Below are positions 59,820-64,000 of a stretch of DNA of 64,000 bases, in pieces. How positions within the stretch are numbered: the first letter of the stretch is position 1; each line of letters begins with the position of its first letter. Under the pieces are notes generated by a model, which saw only the letters and a list, made by a program, of their open reading frames with translations, did not search any database and was not told where the DNA came from. Made by a program: the position numbers and the translations under genes. The stretch lies in assembly GCA_964016885.1 (NCBI GenBank), contig OZ024747.1, positions 72,540,001 through 72,604,000 of the forward strand, read 5' to 3'. This stretch comes from Eledone cirrhosa (Eukaryota).

Positions 59820-62600
59820 ATTCAAAAGAGACGTCAATGTAGAGACATTCAAAGGAGACGACAATGTAGAGACATTCAAAAGAGACGACAATGTAGAGAC
59901 ATTCAAAAGAGACGACAATGTAGAGACACATTCAAAAGAGACGACAATGTAGAGACATTCAAAAGAGACAACAATGTAGAGACACATTCAAAAGAGACGA
60001 CAATATAGAGACATTCAAAAGAGACGACAATGTAGAGACACATTCAAAAGAGACGACAATGTAGAGACATTCAAAAGAGACGACAATGTAGAGACACATT
60101 CAAAAGAGACGACAATGTAGAGACATTCAAAAGAGACGACAATGTAGAGACATTCAAAAGAGACGACAATATAGAGACACATTCAAAAGAGACGACAATG
60201 TAGAGACATTCAAAAGAGACGACAATGTAGAGACACATTCAAAAGAGACGACAATATAGAGACATTCAAAAGAGACGACAATATAGAGACATTCAAAAGA
60301 GACGACAATGTAGAGACACATTCAAAAGAGACGACGATGTAGAGACATTCAAAAGAGACGACAATGTAGAGACACATTCAAAAGAGACGACAATGTAGAG
60401 ACACATTCAAAAGAGACGACAATGTAGAAACATTCAAAAGAGACGACAATGTAGAGACACATTCAAAAAAGGAGACAATATAGAGACATTCAAAAGAGAC
60501 GACAATATAGAGACATTCAAAAGAGACGACAATGTAGAGACATTCAAAAGAGACGACAATGTAGAAACATTCAAAAGAGACGACAATGTAGAAACATTCA
60601 AAAGAGACGACAATGTAGAGACACATTCAAAAGAGACGACAATATAGACACATTCAAAAGAGACGACAATATAGAGACATTCAAAAGAGACGACAATGTA
60701 GAGACATTCAAAAGAGACGACAATGTAGAAACATTCAAAAGAGACGACAATGTAGAGACACATTCAAAAGAGACGACAATGTAGAGACATTCAAAAGAGA
60801 CGACAATGTAGAGACACATTCAAAAGAGACGACAATGTAGAGACACATTCAAAAGAGACGACAATGTAGAGACACATTCAAAAGTGACGACAATGTGGAG
60901 ACATTCAAAAGAGAGGACAATGTAGAGACACCTTCAAAAGAGACGACAATGTAGAGACATTCAAAAGAGACGACAATGTAGAAACATTCAAAAGAGACGA
61001 CAATGTAGAGACATTCAAAAGAGACGACGATGTAGAGACACATTCAAAAGAGACGACAATGTAGAGACATTCAAAAGAGACGACAATGTAGAGACACATT
61101 CAAAAGAGACGACAATGTAGAGACACATTCAAAAGAGACGACAATGTAGAGACACATTCAAAAGAGCGACAATGTAGAGACGTTCAAAAGAGACGACAAT
61201 GTAGAGACACATTCAAAAGAGACGACAATGTAGAGACATTCAAAAGAGACGACAATATAGAGACACATTCAAAAGAGACGACATTGTAGAGACATTCAAA
61301 AGAGACGACAATGTAGAGACATTCAAAAGAGACGACAATATAGAGACACATTCAAAAGAGACGACAATGTAGAGACATTCAAAAGAGACGACAATGTAGA
61401 GACACATTCAAAAGAGACGACAATATAGAGACATTCAAAAGAGACGACAATATAGAGACATTCAAAAGAGACGACAATGTAGAGACACATTCAAAAGAGA
61501 CGACGATGTAGAGACATTCAAAAGAGACGACAATGTAGAGACACATTCAAAAGAGACGACAATGTAGAAACATTCAAAAGAGACGACAATGTAGAGACAC
61601 ATTCAAAAGAGACGACAATATAGAGACTTTCAAAAGAGACGACAATATAGAGACATTCAAAAGAGACGACAATGTAGAAACACATTCAAAAGAGACGACA
61701 ATGTAGAGACACATTCAAAAGAGACGACAATGTAGAGACACATTCAAAAGAGACGACAATATAGAGACATTCAAAAGAGACGACAATGTAGAGACACATT
61801 CAAAAGAGACGACAATGTAGGGACATTCAAAAGAGACGTCAATGTAGAGACATTCAAAGGAGACGACAATGTAGAGACATTCAAAAGAGACGACAATGTA
61901 GAGACATTCAAAAGAGACGACAATGTAGAGACACATTCAAAAGAGACGACAATGTAGAGACATTCAAAAGAGACAACAATGTAGAGACACATTCAAAAGA
62001 GACGACAATATAGAGACATTCAAAAGAGACGACAATGTAGAGACACATTCAAAAGAGACGACAATGTAGAGACATTCAAAAGAGACGACAATGTAGAGAC
62101 ACATTCAAAAGAGACGACAATGTAGAGACATTCAAAAGAGACGACAATGTAGAGACATTCAAAAGAGACGACAATATAGAGACACATTCAAAAGAGACGA
62201 CAATGTAGAGACATTCAAAAGAGACGACAATGTAGAGACACATTCAAAAGAGACGACAATATAGAGACATTCAAAAGAGACGACAATATAGAGACATTCA
62301 AAAGAGACGACAATGTAGAGACACATTCAAAAGAGACGACGATGTAGAGACATTCAAAAGAGACGACAATGTAGAGACACATTCAAAAGAGACGACAATG
62401 TAGAGACACATTCAAAAGAGACGACAATGTAGAAACATTCAAAAGAGACGACAATGTAGAGACACATTCAAAAAAGGAGACAATATAGAGACATTCAAAA
62501 GAGACGACAATATAGAGACATTCAAAAGAGACGACAATGTAGAGACATTCAAAAGAGACGACAATGTAGAAACATTCAAAAGAGACGACAATGTAGAGAC
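59820..62600. repeat. Duplicated block with offset 2005 bp (about 59820-60570 and 61825-62575)
   Basis: The triple-substituted monomer TTCAAAAAAGGAGACAATATAGAGACA is at 60462 and 62467. It is preceded by the GACGTC, AAAGGAGAC and GAGACAAC variants in the same order in both copies. ORF pair 60378/62383 agrees. Confidence 0.85.
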
Positions 62601-64000
62601 ACATTCAAAAGAGACGACAATGTAGAGACATTCAAAAGAGACGACAATGTAGAGACACATTCAAAAGAGACAACAATGTAGAGACACATTCAAAAGAGAC
62701 GACAATGTAGAGACACATTCAAAAGTGACGACAATGTAGAGACATTCAAAAGAGACGACAATGTAGAGACACATTCAAAAGAGACGACAATGTAGAGACA
62801 TTCAAAAGAGACGACAATGTAGAGACATTCAAAAGAGACGACAATGTAGAGACATTCAAAAGAGACGACAATGTAGAGACACATTCAAAAGAGACGACAA
62901 TGTAGAGACATTTAAAAGAGACGACAATGTAGAGACATTCAAAAGAGACGACAATGTAGAGACATTCAAAAGAGACGACGATGTAGAGACACATTCAAAA
63001 GAGACGACAATGTAGAGACACATTCAAAAGAGACGACAATGTAGAGACATTCAAAAGAGACGACAATGTAGAGACACATTCAAAAGAGACGACAATGTAG
63101 AGACACATTCAAAAGAGACGACAATGTAGAGACATTCAAAAGAGACGACAATGTAGAGACATTCAAAAGAGACGACAATATAGAGACACATTCAAAAGAG
63201 ACGACAATGTAGAGACATTCAAAAGAGACGACAATGTAGAGACACATTCAAAAGAGACGACAATATAGAGACATTCAAAAGAGACGACAATATAGAGACA
63301 TTCAAAAGAGACGACAATGTAGAAACATTCAAAAAGACGACAATGTAGAGACACATTCAAAAGAGACGACAATATAGAGACTTTCAAAAGAGACGACAAT
63401 ATAGAGACATTCAAAAGAGACGACAATGTAGAAACACATTCAAAAGAGACGACAATGTAGAGACACATTCAAAAGAGACGACAATGTAGAGACACATTCA
63501 AAAGAGACGACAATGTAGAGACATTCAAAAGAGACGACAATGTAGACAATTCAAAAGAGACGACAATGTAGAGACATTCAAAAGAGACGACAATGTAGAG
63601 ACATTCAAAGGAGACGACAATGTAGAGACATTCAAAAGAGACGACAATGTAGAGACATTCAAAAGAGACGACAATATAGAGACACATTCAAAAGAGACGA
63701 CAATGTAGAGACATTCAAAAGAGACGACAATGTAGAGACACATTAAAAAGAGACGACAATGTAGAGACATTCAAAAGAGACGACAATGTAGAGACACATT
63801 CAAAAGAGACGACAATGTTGAGACATTCAAAAGAGACGACAATGTAGAGACACATTCAAAAGAGACGTCAATGTAGAGACATTCAAAAGAGACGACAATG
63901 TAGAGACACATTAAAAAGAGACGACAATGTAGAGACATTCAAAAGAGACGACAATGTAGAGACACATTCAAAAGAGACGACAATGTTGAGACATTCAAAA

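Larger units (their letters stand above)
1..64000. repeat. Tandem satellite array of 27/29-bp monomers, consensus TTCAAAAGAGACGACAATGTAGAGACA(CA); runs off both window ends
   Basis: The monomer is read directly and repeats head-to-tail in one orientation from base 1 to 64000 with no interruption seen. The 27-mer has 13 A, 6 G, 4 C and 4 T (37% GC, 70% purine on the + strand). Common variants are +CA (29-mer), G19A (AATATAG), G24A (TAGAAAC) and A16G (GACGATG). Confidence 0.99.

Noticed and set aside
80-63770. Hundreds of 63-109 aa minus-strand ORFs (MCLYIVVSFE.../NVSTLSSLL.../SLHCRLF)
   Set aside because: The 27-mer is 9 codons with two stop-free minus frames. Each 29-mer supplies an ATG and shifts frame until the stop frame is reached. 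ORF length only reflects the 27/29 pattern; there is no frame preservation, unique domain or gene context.
1-64000. CRISPR array (repeat length 27-29 bp with weak dyad symmetry)
   Set aside because: Monomers abut directly with no unique spacers, and no leader or cas genes are present.
1-64000. Giant repetitive protein on the + strand (FKRDDNVET or QKRRQCRDI repeats)
   Set aside because: Frequent 2-bp insertions shift into the frame containing ATG-TAG every few monomers, so no long open frame exists.
1-64000. Telomerase-synthesised long telomeric repeat (as in budding yeasts)
   Set aside because: There is no G-rich/C-rich telomere-like strand, the array is far longer than such telomeres, and variants are inherited in kb-scale duplicated blocks, indicating DNA-level duplication rather than templated addition.
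1-64000. Rolling-circle or sequencing concatemer artefact, or synthetic Golden Gate construct (BsmBI site GAGACG in each unit)
   Set aside because: Nested duplications with shared and private variants and positional turnover imply evolutionary history. The enzyme site is a chance 6-mer. Local mis-assembly of individual duplications is not excluded.
1-64000. Phased A-tract curvature or nucleosome-length periodicity
   Set aside because: A4 tracts recur every 27-29 bp (about 2.6-2.8 turns), out of helical phase. Multiples such as 83 or 166 bp can be built from the monomers but are not regularly maintained.

Overview
The whole 64 kb window is one uninterrupted, single-orientation tandem satellite array of roughly 2,300 monomers (estimated from length). 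The consensus monomer is TTCAAAAGAGACGACAATGTAGAGACA (27 bp). It is interleaved with a 29 bp form carrying one extra CA (...AGAGACACA). I found no unique sequence, spacers, inversions, RNA genes, transposons or credible protein-coding genes. All listed minus-strand ORFs (CLYIVVSFE / NVSTLSSLL / SLHCRLF repeats) are translation artefacts of the monomer. The informative structure lies in the variants. Rare substitutions mark nested, kb-scale tandem duplications (offsets about 0.5, 1.0, 1.1, 1.5, 1.6, 1.75, 2.0, 2.7, 3.7, 4.6, 5.3 and 6.8-6.9 kb), and diagnostic variants turn over from left to right along the array. This best fits a young, actively amplifying eukaryotic-type satellite or minisatellite, but I cannot assign the organism or satellite family from sequence alone. 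I see no direct evidence for a new protein-coding or CRISPR-like system; the functional ideas below are labelled as inference.
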